64,000 nt of DNA from Alphaproteobacteria bacterium (GCA_031291395.1 JARLJD010000109.1:8294-72293); one strand, 5' to 3'; counted from the first letter of the stretch, positions 20,252 through 30,169 are shown. Numbers and translations are program-made. The notes: generated by a model not told the origin, from the sequence alone.

Positions 20252-20319
20252 ATAGGGGTATATTGCCTTAAGGAAGCTAATAATTGGTTAGCTTCGCGGG
20301 TCAAGTAAAAAGGGAGGGG

Positions 20320-20913
20320 TTACGGCTTGGCGTAGGGTTCGGCTTGAATCCACAGGATTTTCCAGTTGTCGCCATAGGCGGCGGCCAGTTTGGGGGCGTT
20401 CCACAGGACGAGGACGTTTTCGGAATTATGTTGCTCGGCCGCGGCGGTGTAGTTGAATGAGCCTGTTTCCACGGTTTTGCCGTCGATCACCATATATTTG
20501 TCGTGCTGCAACGTGTGGATAATATCGACGCGGAGGGGGATTTTGGCGGTTATCAGGGCAGCCGTGACGGAATGATTGCTTTTTTCGATCTGGCCGTGAT
20601 CGACGACAACCTCGACATCGATCCCCTCGCGATGCGCCGCGATCAGAGCCGCGGCTATGGGGCGCGAGGTGAAAGAATAGGCGGCGATGCGAATGCTTTG
20701 CCGCGCCGATTGAATCGCCTTGATGACCAGATCCGTTGCCCCGCCGTTGGGGGAGAAGGCCACTTCGACCGAGGGCGGCATTTCCGTTATTTGCGTCCCG
20801 CCCCCTTGAATGGCTTGAACCAAGCGCTGGGCGAGGGTGGAGGCGTGGGCGGGCGGAATCCACGAGAAGAAAAGGGCAAGCGAAATAAACGCAAGGCTGG
20901 GCTTGGGCTGCAT
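20320..20913 (-). CDS. secreted phospholipase-D-family endonuclease (Nuc-like, single HKD motif)
   Basis: Signal peptide MQPKPSLAFISLALFFSWIPPAHAS. The HKD motif lies within LQHDKYMVIDGKTVETGSFNYT. Confidence 0.75.
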   Translation of the reverse strand: MQPKPSLAFISLALFFSWIPPAHASTLAQRLVQAIQGGGTQITEMPPSVEVAFSPNGGATDLVIKAIQSARQSIRIAAYSFTSRPIAAALIAAHREGIDVEVVVDHGQIEKSNHSVTAALITAKIPLRVDIIHTLQHDKYMVIDGKTVETGSFNYTAAAEQHNSENVLVLWNAPKLAAAYGDNWKILWIQAEPYAKP

Positions 20914-21464
20914 GCGAGTCCTTTGTCCTCCGCCAGAGCTTCGCTTGCGCGGAGGGGATGGCGGCGGTTACGCGGGGAGGAGAGGGTGGTTGGTTAGATC
21001 TTATTTCACTTTCTACTCCCTTTTTTCGTCACCTTTTCCAAAATCTACTTCCAAAATTGACGCCCCCATGGGATCCCTGCGCGCAAACGCTGGGATGTAC
21101 AACGCCCTGATAGATCGACCCTTCACTCGAGACCCCGGGATCTCTTAGGACAGCTACCACTACCAGTCACCGCCCCCTTATGCTTCTCATCAGGGTGATG
21201 ATGGGAGGTATCATATACCGTGTTTGGGAAATATGCAAGAGGTTTTTGGGGGGCGGGGATTTTTTTTTGGGTTCTTTTCTGCATATCCTGTTTTCTTGAG
21301 AAAACAAGAAAAGCGAGAAAGTAACCAAATGGGATTCCGGATAAATTTTGCGCCGCAACGGTCAGTTTTCAATCACAAAGTTGGTTAGGGCGCAAAATTT
21401 TCCGGAATGACGATCTTTCGTTTTTCGAGTTTTTAATAAGAGACTTTAATGAGACGAAGAATAA

Positions 21465-22409
21465 TTAAAAGCTACATGGTGTGGCGGCCGTTGCTACCTT
21501 ATGGGGTAAACCTCGCTGCATAGTTCTTTTGAGGCGAGGGGGAGACGCGGAATTGGCGGGCGCGTTTACTTGCTTTTCGGCGGCAAACCATGGGAGCCGC
21601 CTGTTGTTAACCAGGGGCTTAAGTCTCCTTGTTTTGTGAAGATCGACGATTTGTTGAGCCACTGTTAACAGCCTTGTTGATCCCAGATTAATCTCAACAA
21701 TTTTGTTCGCTTTCATATCCAGCGCCTGAATGACGCCAGGAAGCCGCGCTGCTCTGGCAAATTTAGAGTTATTGCTCGCGCCCAGCAAACAGTGAGCGGC
21801 TTTGACTATGGCAACGCCCGCAGGAGTGTAAAAAGATTCTAATGTAATTGTTTTGCTTTGCGAATCTGCGATCGTGTTCTGGAACTGATGCGTACATTCA
21901 GCGTTGAGGACAAATGATTCCCACCCCTGCTTAAGTTGGAGGAGTCTTTTGATGCCTTTGTCGTTATTGGCGACGACTTGCGTGACAAGCGCGCTAATCA
22001 AAAGGTCGTTGGCTTTTAGATATGTTTGCAGAATGCAAGCGTTGTATATGAGATCAAGGCAGAACCCTGCTGGCTTTTCTCCCGGCCTCCATATTGAGCC
22101 AATTTCGGCAAAATTGACATCTAAGGACATAGGCTGCGGCTCACATGAGCGGGCAGTAACTGTCGAGCCTATGTTTATACAGCCAGGAAGAATGTGAACC
22201 GCTCCTGTTGCGGCGATGTTTCCTTCTGGTGTTGTTAACAGCAACATCAGGTCGTTGTTGATCGCCGCCCCAAAAGCTTCTGGTGTGCGTTCAAAAACAG
22301 TCGAAGGCTTTCGTGGATCCTGAAAGAATTTGACAATATACGGAAGGTCTTCGTAGTTGGCTATACGAAGCGTATATCTGATAGGCTTTTCTTCTTGATC
22401 ATAATTCAT
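21465..22409 (-). CDS. hypothetical protein, 314 aa, no motif I recognise
   Basis: A long ORF in an AT-rich islet. It is the second gene of an apparent two-gene operon; only 24 nt separate it from the upstream XRE-fusion gene. Confidence 0.5.
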   Translation of the reverse strand: MNYDQEEKPIRYTLRIANYEDLPYIVKFFQDPRKPSTVFERTPEAFGAAINNDLMLLLTTPEGNIAATGAVHILPGCINIGSTVTARSCEPQPMSLDVNFAEIGSIWRPGEKPAGFCLDLIYNACILQTYLKANDLLISALVTQVVANNDKGIKRLLQLKQGWESFVLNAECTHQFQNTIADSQSKTITLESFYTPAGVAIVKAAHCLLGASNNSKFARAARLPGVIQALDMKANKIVEINLGSTRLLTVAQQIVDLHKTRRLKPLVNNRRLPWFAAEKQVNAPANSASPPRLKRTMQRGLPHKVATAATPCSF

Positions 22410-22433
22410 GTTCTTAATCCCTGCGCCTTATCA

Positions 22434-23114
22434 TCAGGCCGTCTCGGTTGCTTTAATCGGCTTTGCGTTTCTCCATAAAACATGGAACATATCGCGATAC
22501 GCCTTGGCGACGAGCGCCGACGAAATGACAACTATTTGGGGCTCTTTATTTTCCTCGAATATAAGAATTCCCAGCTTGTCTCCGTATACATAAAAGGGGA
22601 CATTTCCTTCTGTTGCATCTGTCTGGAGGCGATATTCCCTATAATTTGTGTCAGGAATTTCTAATGATACTCCGTCTTTAGCCAGTATCTTGACTCTGAT
22701 TTTATTTTGCAAAGCCTCCATGCGTTTTGCATGAAGGACGGAGTAATCATACAAGTGCTTTACAAAGAAACGGTCATCTACATTACTCACGAAAATCGGC
22801 TTATCTCCGTTTGTTCCTGTGCTTTGCCGAAGAGCGGCTTGATAAACATCGTCCAGAAAACTTTTAAACCCTTCAATGCCAGAATATGTGAATACTTTAT
22901 TTTGATTGCGTCTTATGCCGTCGTTTTCTGTAAACTCAACCCCATGCACCGCAAACGCCCTTATAATCGCCTCCTCTGTCGTTTCCTGCGGCCTGAACGT
23001 TCCGTGTTCTATATTCTTAATCGTTTCCGGCGAGATTCCCGACGCCTTGGACAGGTCGCTTCTGCTCCAGTCCAGCAGGCCTCGCGCGGCTCTTAATTGT
23101 GCGGCGGTTATCAT
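22434..23114 (-). CDS. XRE-family HTH domain fused to a C-terminal domain of unknown function
   Basis: N-terminus MITAAQLRAARGLLDWSRSDLSKASGISPETIKNIEHG is a canonical XRE HTH. About 150 further residues have no motif I recognise. AT-rich. Confidence 0.55.
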   Translation of the reverse strand: MITAAQLRAARGLLDWSRSDLSKASGISPETIKNIEHGTFRPQETTEEAIIRAFAVHGVEFTENDGIRRNQNKVFTYSGIEGFKSFLDDVYQAALRQSTGTNGDKPIFVSNVDDRFFVKHLYDYSVLHAKRMEALQNKIRVKILAKDGVSLEIPDTNYREYRLQTDATEGNVPFYVYGDKLGILIFEENKEPQIVVISSALVAKAYRDMFHVLWRNAKPIKATETA

Positions 23115-23442
23115 TCGTTACTTACCCAATAATGCTCAAAAACTAAACTTGCCCGCAGAGGGGGCGTTTTTTCAATTCGGGTACTAAACTACCCTTTAAG
23201 GGAAGCCTTATGCAAGCGAATGATTACTTTCGTCGCTTTTTTGGCCTTTGCGCGTATTTTTACCGCCGATTTTAAAAATCCATATCTTATACCTTAATAA
23301 CTTCTAAACCAAAAAAAAGTTTTATGCAACCATTTATTGGTATTTAATTGCCGGTAATTGGTATGTATACTCTAACTATGGTCGCCGCGTTATTTTCGTG
23401 GCGCATTATTCAGAAACGAATTTTTTAAAAGGATAGAACGTC

Positions 23443-23763
23443 ATGCACAAGATATATATGACAGGCGCAAAAGAAGGCATCCCCGCGATGCAGGATGTTG
23501 GCGCATCGGTCGAAGATAATGTCATTATGCCGCGACGGTGGATGAAGGGACAGGCTGCTATGCGACAAACGCAGCAAGCCGTGAACGCCAACCAGCTGAC
23601 ATCGATCAGCGCGATGATTGCCTATATTTCCTATCATTCCGGTCAAAGCGAATTTAAAATCGAACGCGGTCTTTCCGATCGTTTCAATGTTCCGAACGCC
23701 AAGTGTTTGGCGGCGGACGATTTCGATGCCGCTATTCGTTATTTAGCGGATATAATTCCCTGA
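23443..23763 (+). CDS. hypothetical protein, 106 aa
   Basis: An ORF with an upstream AAAGGA ribosome-binding site, in the AT-rich region. Confidence 0.3.
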   Translation: MHKIYMTGAKEGIPAMQDVGASVEDNVIMPRRWMKGQAAMRQTQQAVNANQLTSISAMIAYISYHSGQSEFKIERGLSDRFNVPNAKCLAADDFDAAIRYLADIIP

Positions 23764-23792
23764 TGCGTTTTTTTCCCAAGGCGGGGGCTTCA

Positions 23793-24164
23793 ATGAAAAA
23801 TCTGACGGTTCTGGTTTTGGCGGCGCTTGTCGTTTTTTATGCGCCCGAGGCAAAAGCCGTGAGGATAGCGCCGACCGTGCAGGTTTTTATTCCGCAGGTG
23901 CCGTCTTTGCCGACTGTGCCAAGCTATCCGACGCAGGCTCCTCAAATTCCGAGCGTGGGGTTTATGCCGACGGTTACGACTATTTCTCAAGCGCCCCTGT
24001 CGCCGCAGACGACTTATGCGCCTCAAACGCAATATTACAATACGCAGCCGCCTCTCGTTCCCACAGCGCCTACCGCAGAGCAAGACACAACCGCGCCAAC
24101 GGTGCAAAGGTATAATTCCAATCCGCAGATCTTGCCGCAGGTTCAGATTTATACGGATCCTTGA
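23793..24164 (+). CDS. secreted proline/glutamine/threonine-rich low-complexity protein
   Basis: Signal peptide MKNLTVLVLAALVVFYAPEAKA followed by PTVQ/PQ-rich repeats. Confidence 0.4.
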   Translation: MKNLTVLVLAALVVFYAPEAKAVRIAPTVQVFIPQVPSLPTVPSYPTQAPQIPSVGFMPTVTTISQAPLSPQTTYAPQTQYYNTQPPLVPTAPTAEQDTTAPTVQRYNSNPQILPQVQIYTDP

Positions 24165-24211
24165 TTTTTAATAAGTGACTCTGTTTGACAGTTTCAAATA
24201 ACGGTGAAGCG

Positions 24212-24395
24212 AAAGCGGCTGGATTCCCGCCCCCTTGCGGGGAGGGTCAGGGTGGGGGCGTGCCGCAAAAGCAAGTTTGGGGCTATGTAAAATCTTGCCG
24301 CAAGGTAAACCCCAACCGCATTTCCCAGCCGTTCTCCCCCCTCCCTAACCCTCCCCGCAAGGGGGAGTGGATTCCACCGTTCTTGCGGAACCGCC
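24212..24395. repeat. MITE-like repeat family A, full-length, variant sequence
   Basis: gcggctggattcccgcccccttgcggggagggtcagggtggggg ... ccctaaccctccccgcaagggggagtggattcc. Confidence 0.7.
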
Positions 24396-24628
24396 GTTTT
24401 TTCCGCGACTATTGCTTCGCAGCATTCGATCTGCTATAGGACGTTTTATGACTTCGACCGCCTCATCCTTGAACGCTTGTTCCGCTTCTTTGCGCGGCGC
24501 GTTTAGCTATGGCTGGTTTTATTGGTTCCGGTAACACCGGATCATACACACGCTTTTCCCCTCACATCGTTAATCTCTTGTAATCAGCCGCTGAAACGGC
24601 GGCGTAACTATTCAGTTAGGCAAAGATC

Positions 24629-25996
24629 ATGACACAGATATGGACTCCCGATAGCTGGCGCGCGAAACCGGTCAGGCAGATGCCGAAATATCCCGATGCT
24701 GACGAGTTAGCCGATGTCGAGCGGCAGTTGGAGACATTGCCGCCGCTGGTTTTCGCGGGCGAGGCGCGGCGGTTGAAAAAGCGGTTGGCCACAGTTGCGG
24801 CGGGCGAGGCGTTTTTGTTTCAGGGCGGCGATTGCGCCGAAAGCTTTGCCGAGTTTTCCGCCAACAATATCCGCGACGCTTTTCGCATCATTTTGCAAAT
24901 CGCCGTAGTGCTGACCTTCGGCGGCAGCATTCCCGTCGTCAAGGTCGCGCGCATGGGCGGGCAATTCGCCAAGCCGCGCTCGGACGATAACGAGACGCGG
25001 GACGGCGTTGTCTTGCCCAGCTATCGCGGAGATATCATCAACGGGCTGGATTTCACGGCGGAATCGCGCCGCCCCGATCCGCAGCGCATGATCAAGGTTT
25101 ATCATCAGTCGAGTTCGACATTGAATCTTTTGCGCGCTTTCGTTCAGGGCGGCTATGCCGATTTGCATCGCGTGCATCAATGGAATCTCGATTTCGTCGA
25201 CAGCAGCTTGCAGGGGGAGCGATACCGCGCTTTGTCGGGGCGCATCGGCGAGGCTTTGGATTTTATGGCGGCGTGCAACATCACCGCGGAAACCTCGTCG
25301 CAAATCCGCGAGACGGATTTCTATACGTCGCACGAGGCTTTGCTGCTGCCGTACGAGCAAGCCATGACGCGCATCGACAGCACGACGGGCGACTGGTACG
25401 ACGTCTCGGCGCATATGCTGTGGATCGGAGAGCGCACGCGCCAGTTGGACGGGGCGCATGTCGAATTCTTGCGCGGGGTCAAAAATCCCATCGGGCTGAA
25501 ATGCGGGCCGAAGATGACCGCGGACGAATTGCTGCGCTTGATCGATGTTTTGAATCCCGCGAACGAGCCCGGGCGATTGACGTTGATCGCGCGCATGGGG
25601 GACGACAAAATTGCGACGGCGTTGCCGAATTTGCTGAGGGCGACGAAGCGGGACGGACGCAACGTCGTGTGGTGCAGCGATCCGATGCACGGCAACACGC
25701 ACGCGTCCGACAGCGGGTACAAGACTCGCGACTTTACGCATATCGTGTCGGAAGTGCGATCTTTCTTCGACGTTTGCCGCGCCGAGGGCGTGCATCCCGG
25801 CGGCATGCATGTGGAAATGACGGGCAGGGAGGTCACCGAATGCATCGGCGGCGCTTCGGCCGTGACCGACGCGGGTTTAGGCGAACGCTATGAAACCCAT
25901 TGCGACCCGCGTTTGAATGCGACGCAGGCGTTGGAGCTGGCGTTTTTGATCGCGGATTACGTCAAGCAGGGGCGGAAGGTCGTTGAAGTAGGTTGA
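24629..25996 (+). CDS. aroG: 3-deoxy-7-phosphoheptulonate (DAHP) synthase, class II
   Basis: 455 aa. [14 protein letters not shown] and [17 protein letters not shown] are near-identical to class II (Mtb AroG-type) signatures. Confidence 0.9.
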   Translation: MTQIWTPDSWRAKPVRQMPKYPDADELADVERQLETLPPLVFAGEARRLKKRLATVAAGEAFLFQGGDCAESFAEFSANNIRDAFRIILQIAVVLTFGGSIPVVKVARMGGQFAKPRSDDNETRDGVVLPSYRGDIINGLDFTAESRRPDPQRMIKVYHQSSSTLNLLRAFVQGGYADLHRVHQWNLDFVDSSLQGERYRALSGRIGEALDFMAACNITAETSSQIRETDFYTSHEALLLPYEQAMTRIDSTTGDWYDVSAHMLWIGERTRQLDGAHVEFLRGVKNPIGLKCGPKMTADELLRLIDVLNPANEPGRLTLIARMGDDKIATALPNLLRATKRDGRNVVWCSDPMHGNTHASDSGYKTRDFTHIVSEVRSFFDVCRAEGVHPGGMHVEMTGREVTECIGGASAVTDAGLGERYETHCDPRLNATQALELAFLIADYVKQGRKVVEVG

Positions 25997-26026
25997 AGGT
26001 GGTGGCGGCATTTTTACAGAATTGCC

Positions 26027-27418
26027 TTAGGAAAAGATCGCGGGGAATTGCACGAGGACTTCCAATCCCCCTCCGGCGGACTTGTTTTGCAAAGCGAGCT
26101 TCGCGTCGATGAGTTCGGCGGCGCGTTTGGCGATCGCGAGGCCGAGCCCCGCGCCGGGTTGCCTTTGCCCCGGCACGCGGTAGAAATGTTCCGTCACATA
26201 GGGCAATTTATCTTCGGGAATGCCATGCCCCGTGTCGGAGACGGCGAGAAGGACGGTTTGATCCTGCGCGGACAGACTTACAAGAACGTCTCCTTGCGCA
26301 GGCGTGTATTTGATCGCGTTTTCGATCAGATTGGAGAGAATGATCGCGATAAGTTCCTTGTTGCCGCGGACGGCGAGGGGGGCTTGCTGCTCGAAGCGCA
26401 GAGCAATTTGTTCTTGCGCGGCAAGCGGTCGCTTTTCCTGCACGACGGATCGCACGATGTCGTTGAGCGGCAATTTTTCCATCGGGATGTCGCCTTGCTC
26501 CAATCGTGCAAGGGCCAGCAGTTGATCGACCAGTTGGGTCGCACGATTGGCAGCTTGCACTTGCGCTTCCAGAATCATGCGCCGCTCGGCATCATTGGTC
26601 GACACTAGCGCGGTTTGCGCTTGCGTTTTCAGGACGGCGATCGGCGTTCGCAATTCATGCGCGGCAAAATCGGTGAAGCGGCGTTCTTTTTCCAGCTCAT
26701 AATCAAGATCGGCCAGAAGCCCGTTAATGGAATAAACCAGCGGCGTGATTTCCGTGAGCAAGCGTTCCGTCGGTATGGGAGTCAGGTCTTTGGCGGATCG
26801 GCGCTTGACGGCCTCGGAAAGCGCAAGCAGTGGCTTAAGCCCCGCTCTTAGCCCCATCCATGTGATCAGCAGGATGATAGGAAGCAACATAAGCAGAGGC
26901 GAAAAAATGGTGGTCAGAATGTCATTGACGAGCAATTTCCTGATTTTCAATCTTTGCGCCAACTCCAGCGTATAGCCGGTCTTTGCGTCGGGCAGAACAT
27001 AGAAACGCCAGTTTCTGCCGTTAATTTGCTGCGTAGAAAAGCCCTTGTTAAACCGTTCATCGCCAAAGTTTGCGGCTCTTTTGGAATAGAACAGCAATTT
27101 GCCGTGTTTCCATATCCGGAAGGCGACTTTTTCTTCGTATTGTTGTTCGTCTTTAAGGAAGAAGGTGGTCAATCCGACAATTTCCGGATTGATCTGTTTC
27201 TTGTCGTCGGCAATCAGGTCTTGCGCTGTTTCTTGCTGGTGTTCGGCGTGGAGCAGGGCGAGCATAAGCGAGGCGACATGCGACAATTCGGTGTCATATA
27301 TCCCTTCGGCCTCATTATAGGTCGAATAAAGGTCGAGGCTGCTGTCGATCGCCAGCGCCAGAATGACCGGCAGCGCAAGAAACAGCAAAAGACGGGCTTT
27401 AAGAGATCTTTTCCACAA
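26027..27418 (-). CDS. sensor histidine kinase (two TM segments, HAMP, HisKA, HATPase_c)
   Basis: H-box FTDFAAHELRTPIAVL, N-box LIENAIKYT and G-box DTGHGIP. Confidence 0.85.
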   Translation of the reverse strand: MWKRSLKARLLLFLALPVILALAIDSSLDLYSTYNEAEGIYDTELSHVASLMLALLHAEHQQETAQDLIADDKKQINPEIVGLTTFFLKDEQQYEEKVAFRIWKHGKLLFYSKRAANFGDERFNKGFSTQQINGRNWRFYVLPDAKTGYTLELAQRLKIRKLLVNDILTTIFSPLLMLLPIILLITWMGLRAGLKPLLALSEAVKRRSAKDLTPIPTERLLTEITPLVYSINGLLADLDYELEKERRFTDFAAHELRTPIAVLKTQAQTALVSTNDAERRMILEAQVQAANRATQLVDQLLALARLEQGDIPMEKLPLNDIVRSVVQEKRPLAAQEQIALRFEQQAPLAVRGNKELIAIILSNLIENAIKYTPAQGDVLVSLSAQDQTVLLAVSDTGHGIPEDKLPYVTEHFYRVPGQRQPGAGLGLAIAKRAAELIDAKLALQNKSAGGGLEVLVQFPAIFS

Positions 27419-28064
27419 CGTACCCCATCCCCCTTACGGTTTTGATAAGTGGCTCGCCAAGTTTCTTGCGCAGGTGTGAGATATGAACTTCCACCGTGTT
27501 GCTTTCAACCCCTGTGTCCCATCCGTATAGCTTGTCTTCGATTTCCTGTTTGCTGAAAAGCTTGCCGATATTTCCCATTAGAACCGCCAGCACCTCGAAT
27601 TCACGCGACGACAGGTTGACGGCCTCTCCGTCCTTCCACACCGTTTTGGCGGCAAGGTCGAGCGCGATGGAGCCGTTTTCGATCTGCGGTGTCGAAAGCC
27701 CTTTGCTGCGCCGAAAAAGCGCCTGCACCCGCGCGAGCAATTCATCGAGGTCGAAAGGCTTGGTCAAATAATCGTCTATACCCATGTTCAGCCCTTCGAC
27801 TTTCTGCTGCGTGGCGTTGCGCGCCGTCAGCGCCAGCACGGGAAGGACTTTCCGGTTTTTGCGCAGATCGGTTATCAGTGCCAGCCCCGATTTGCCCGGT
27901 AGATTGATGTCGAGAACCATAAGATCGTAGGTCGTGGTATCGAGCGCCGCTTCCGCATCCTCCGCCGTTTCGATCAGATCGACGGCATGACCTGCTTGGG
28001 ACAAAGCGACTTTTACCGCTCGCCCCATCATCGGATCGTCTTCAACCAATAATATGCGAATCAT
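27399..28064 (-). CDS. OmpR-family response regulator
   Basis: Receiver domain (MIRILLVEDDPMM...DLMVLDINLPGKSG) plus a winged-helix C-terminus (VEVHISHLRKKL). The start is set at the internal ATG, complement 28062-28064. Confidence 0.85.
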   Translation of the reverse strand: MIRILLVEDDPMMGRAVKVALSQAGHAVDLIETAEDAEAALDTTTYDLMVLDINLPGKSGLALITDLRKNRKVLPVLALTARNATQQKVEGLNMGIDDYLTKPFDLDELLARVQALFRRSKGLSTPQIENGSIALDLAAKTVWKDGEAVNLSSREFEVLAVLMGNIGKLFSKQEIEDKLYGWDTGVESNTVEVHISHLRKKLGEPLIKTVRGMGYVVEKIS

Positions 28065-28185
28065 ACTTTTTCTCGTCTCAAGAGTTGGCGCACTTTTGTA
28101 TTTACCACAAAGCTGGTGGTGGCACACCAACTCTTGAGTGAGGAGAACATTATTGCTTTGCGATCATTTTTTTTGCATGCGAAGT

Positions 28186-28890
28186 TCAGGCTGATACCGC
28201 CTCAGTTTTGACCCCCGGGGCGGGGGGTGAGGTTTCAAATCTGCGCAAGATGTCTCCGGCCATGACTTTGGGATGCGTAGTGAAATAAGCGCCCCATCGG
28301 GTTTCCTTGTATCCTTGCTGTTCGGAATATCCCTCTGCGATGACGCGCGGGGTGAGGCCGAGATTGCAAAGATAGCGTTTAAGCGGCGCCGTGCCGGTGA
28401 AGATAATGTGCGACACGCCTCTTAAGGCCAAAAGGCAGGTCATGCTGTGAAGCAGATACGAGATGTTGCCTGTTCCCGATGACGCCAAGTTTCCCACTTC
28501 GGCCAGCGCGCGGCGTGGGATGCGCCATCCTGTGTGTTCTTGCAAACAGGCTTCCGCAGATCTGGCGAGGTAGCGTTCCAGATACAGCGGAACGCCTTCC
28601 ACGGCGCGGCGAATGCCTAAGGCGGCGATGGGATCGCCTTTGGCATCGGCAAGCCCCATCAGAAGCGGGTAGGTCGTTTCGACATTCGCGCCATAGGTTT
28701 TGCGAAAAACAGTCGCGATATAGCGCGAAAGAGATTCATATCCGTCATTGCCCTCGCGCGCCAGCAACAGCGACGGATGCTGTACGTTAAGGTTGTCGTG
28801 CGCAGGATGTCTGGAAGGATTGGCGTGGTATTGTGAAATGCGTGTTTGCATGGAAGCCTCCGTGCGATTGGTGAAGGCCACAGTCTGCAC
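28186..28890 (-). CDS. thermostable-hemolysin-like / GNAT-fold acyltransferase-like protein (uncertain)
   Basis: 234 aa with EVGNLASSG, a GNAT-like beta-bulge motif. It resembles my recollection of the delta-VPH (T_hemolysin) family. The true start may be the internal Met at about 28851. Confidence 0.35.
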   Translation of the reverse strand: MQTVAFTNRTEASMQTRISQYHANPSRHPAHDNLNVQHPSLLLAREGNDGYESLSRYIATVFRKTYGANVETTYPLLMGLADAKGDPIAALGIRRAVEGVPLYLERYLARSAEACLQEHTGWRIPRRALAEVGNLASSGTGNISYLLHSMTCLLALRGVSHIIFTGTAPLKRYLCNLGLTPRVIAEGYSEQQGYKETRWGAYFTTHPKVMAGDILRRFETSPPAPGVKTEAVSA

Positions 28891-28947
28891 AGCAAGCTGA
28901 AGGGAATCTGAAGGGGAGAAATTTTTTTGATTCTGATGACAAAGGCC

Positions 28948-28995
28948 GTCATTCCAGCGAAAGCGGGAATCCAGCGCGAGCGATAGCGAGCCTAT
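28948..28995. repeat. repeat family C, solo arm
   Basis: gtcattccagcgaaagcgggaatccagcgcgagcgatagcgagc. It is related to the paired copies at 38388-38530 and 52083-52210. Confidence 0.6.
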
Positions 28996-29213
28996 GAGTC
29001 CAGCGGCGTTTGTTATAGAAACGCCGCTTTTTATATCGCGCGGACGTGCCTCAAGATGGATTTGCGCTTTCGCAGGAACAACGACTGTTTAGCGCGTGTC
29101 ATAAAATGAACAAGAAAATGGTTTAAAAAAAAATCAGGGGGGTGGTCTTTGGCCGCCTTTGTTCGGTCAGAAACCATCTTTCGCAAGATTAACGATCAGC
29201 AAAGGAGGGTGTC

Positions 29214-29639
29214 ATGAAAACCAAAAGCAAAATCCATTGGGCTCTCTTGGTCGGCGTTGCGGCTGTCGGTTTCGCCGTTCCTGCCGTGGCGGGGACGGTG
29301 ATGATGTCGCCCGTGCATGATGGGAGCGTCACCTTTGTCACCGGCGGCATCGGCCTTGGTCAGGAGAAGGCGCTTGAGGCTTCGGCGGGTGAATACAATC
29401 TGGAAATTACAAACGCCGACAAGGCAGGCGCTTTCACGGCGGACGAAAATTTCCAGATCTACGGCAAAGACGGGCGGAGGTTGATTAGCGTCAGCGATGC
29501 CGGGCCGTTATTCTACGCCAAACTTCCAGCTGGAGACTATACCATCCGCGCTATGGAGGGCGGCGAGCGCACGGTGCGGAAAGTGACGGTCGCCGCCAAC
29601 AAGTCGACGGCGGTTCATCTGATTTGGAAAACGAGTTGA
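29214..29639 (+). CDS. secreted hypothetical protein (possible prealbumin/CarboxypepD_reg-like fold)
   Basis: Signal peptide MKTKSKIHWALLVGVAAVGFAVPAVAG. LPAGDYTIRA is reminiscent of carboxypeptidase regulatory-like domains. Confidence 0.4.
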   Translation: MKTKSKIHWALLVGVAAVGFAVPAVAGTVMMSPVHDGSVTFVTGGIGLGQEKALEASAGEYNLEITNADKAGAFTADENFQIYGKDGRRLISVSDAGPLFYAKLPAGDYTIRAMEGGERTVRKVTVAANKSTAVHLIWKTS

Positions 29640-29659
29640 TCTGAAATTTCTTGCAGTAA

Positions 29660-29715
29660 TGGCGGGATTCCCTCCCCCATAGAGGGGGGGGGATTCTACC
29701 GTTTTTGCAGCGGAG
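29660..29715. repeat. MITE-like repeat family A, short copy
   Basis: ggcgggattccctcccccatagagggggggggattctaccg. Confidence 0.7.
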
Positions 29716-29722
29716 CGTATAA

Positions 29723-30169
29723 TTACGGAGCCGGTTTGAACCACGACTTTATTTTGTCATAGGCTCGTTTGTAAAAAGGCTTAGACTCCTCCGAGACGGG
29801 GGCTGCGGTTGTTGCAGTCGAAGCAGGGGGCTCCATCGCGGCGGGCGGCATCGCTGTATTTGGCGCGGCGGGAGGTGTTATCGCCGTTTCTGTCTTTGAG
29901 TCGCTTGGCGGAGCCTGAGTTGTCTCCGACGCAGGGGGAGGCGTTGTTGTCCCCATCTCGGCGGCTGGGGCTTCTGTGTCCGGCGCTGAAGGAGGGGGTG
30001 TCGCCGTTTCAGTTTTTAGATCGTTTGGCGAAGTCGGCGTTGTCTCTGCAGCGGGGGAAGACGTTGCGGCGTCTGGCGCCGAAGCGGGGGCGGTGTTTTC
30101 AGCGAGAGCTGCTCCTCCGGCAAATAAAGCCGCGGCAAGCGCGGCGGCTACGACAGAAGAATTTTTCAT
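29723..30169 (-). CDS. secreted Pro/Thr/Ala-rich tandem-repeat protein
   Basis: Signal peptide MKNSSVVAAALAAALFAGGAALA. The protein repeats TETATPPPSAPDTEAPAAEMGTTTPPPASE and TETAITPPAAPNTAMPPAAMEPPAS are encoded by an imperfect tandem DNA repeat of about 100-120 bp. Confidence 0.5.
   Translation of the reverse strand: MKNSSVVAAALAAALFAGGAALAENTAPASAPDAATSSPAAETTPTSPNDLKTETATPPPSAPDTEAPAAEMGTTTPPPASETTQAPPSDSKTETAITPPAAPNTAMPPAAMEPPASTATTAAPVSEESKPFYKRAYDKIKSWFKPAP

Noticed and set aside
24707-25893. 367-aa minus ORF and 237-aa plus ORF inside the DAHP synthase gene
   Set aside because: They are antisense or out-of-frame Arg-rich shadows of the class II DAHP synthase.
28186-28890. Calling this gene a LuxI-type AHL synthase
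   Set aside because: The conserved LuxI N-terminal R..F..W...E.D..D pattern is not evident, so it is kept as a GNAT-fold/T-hemolysin-like protein at low confidence.
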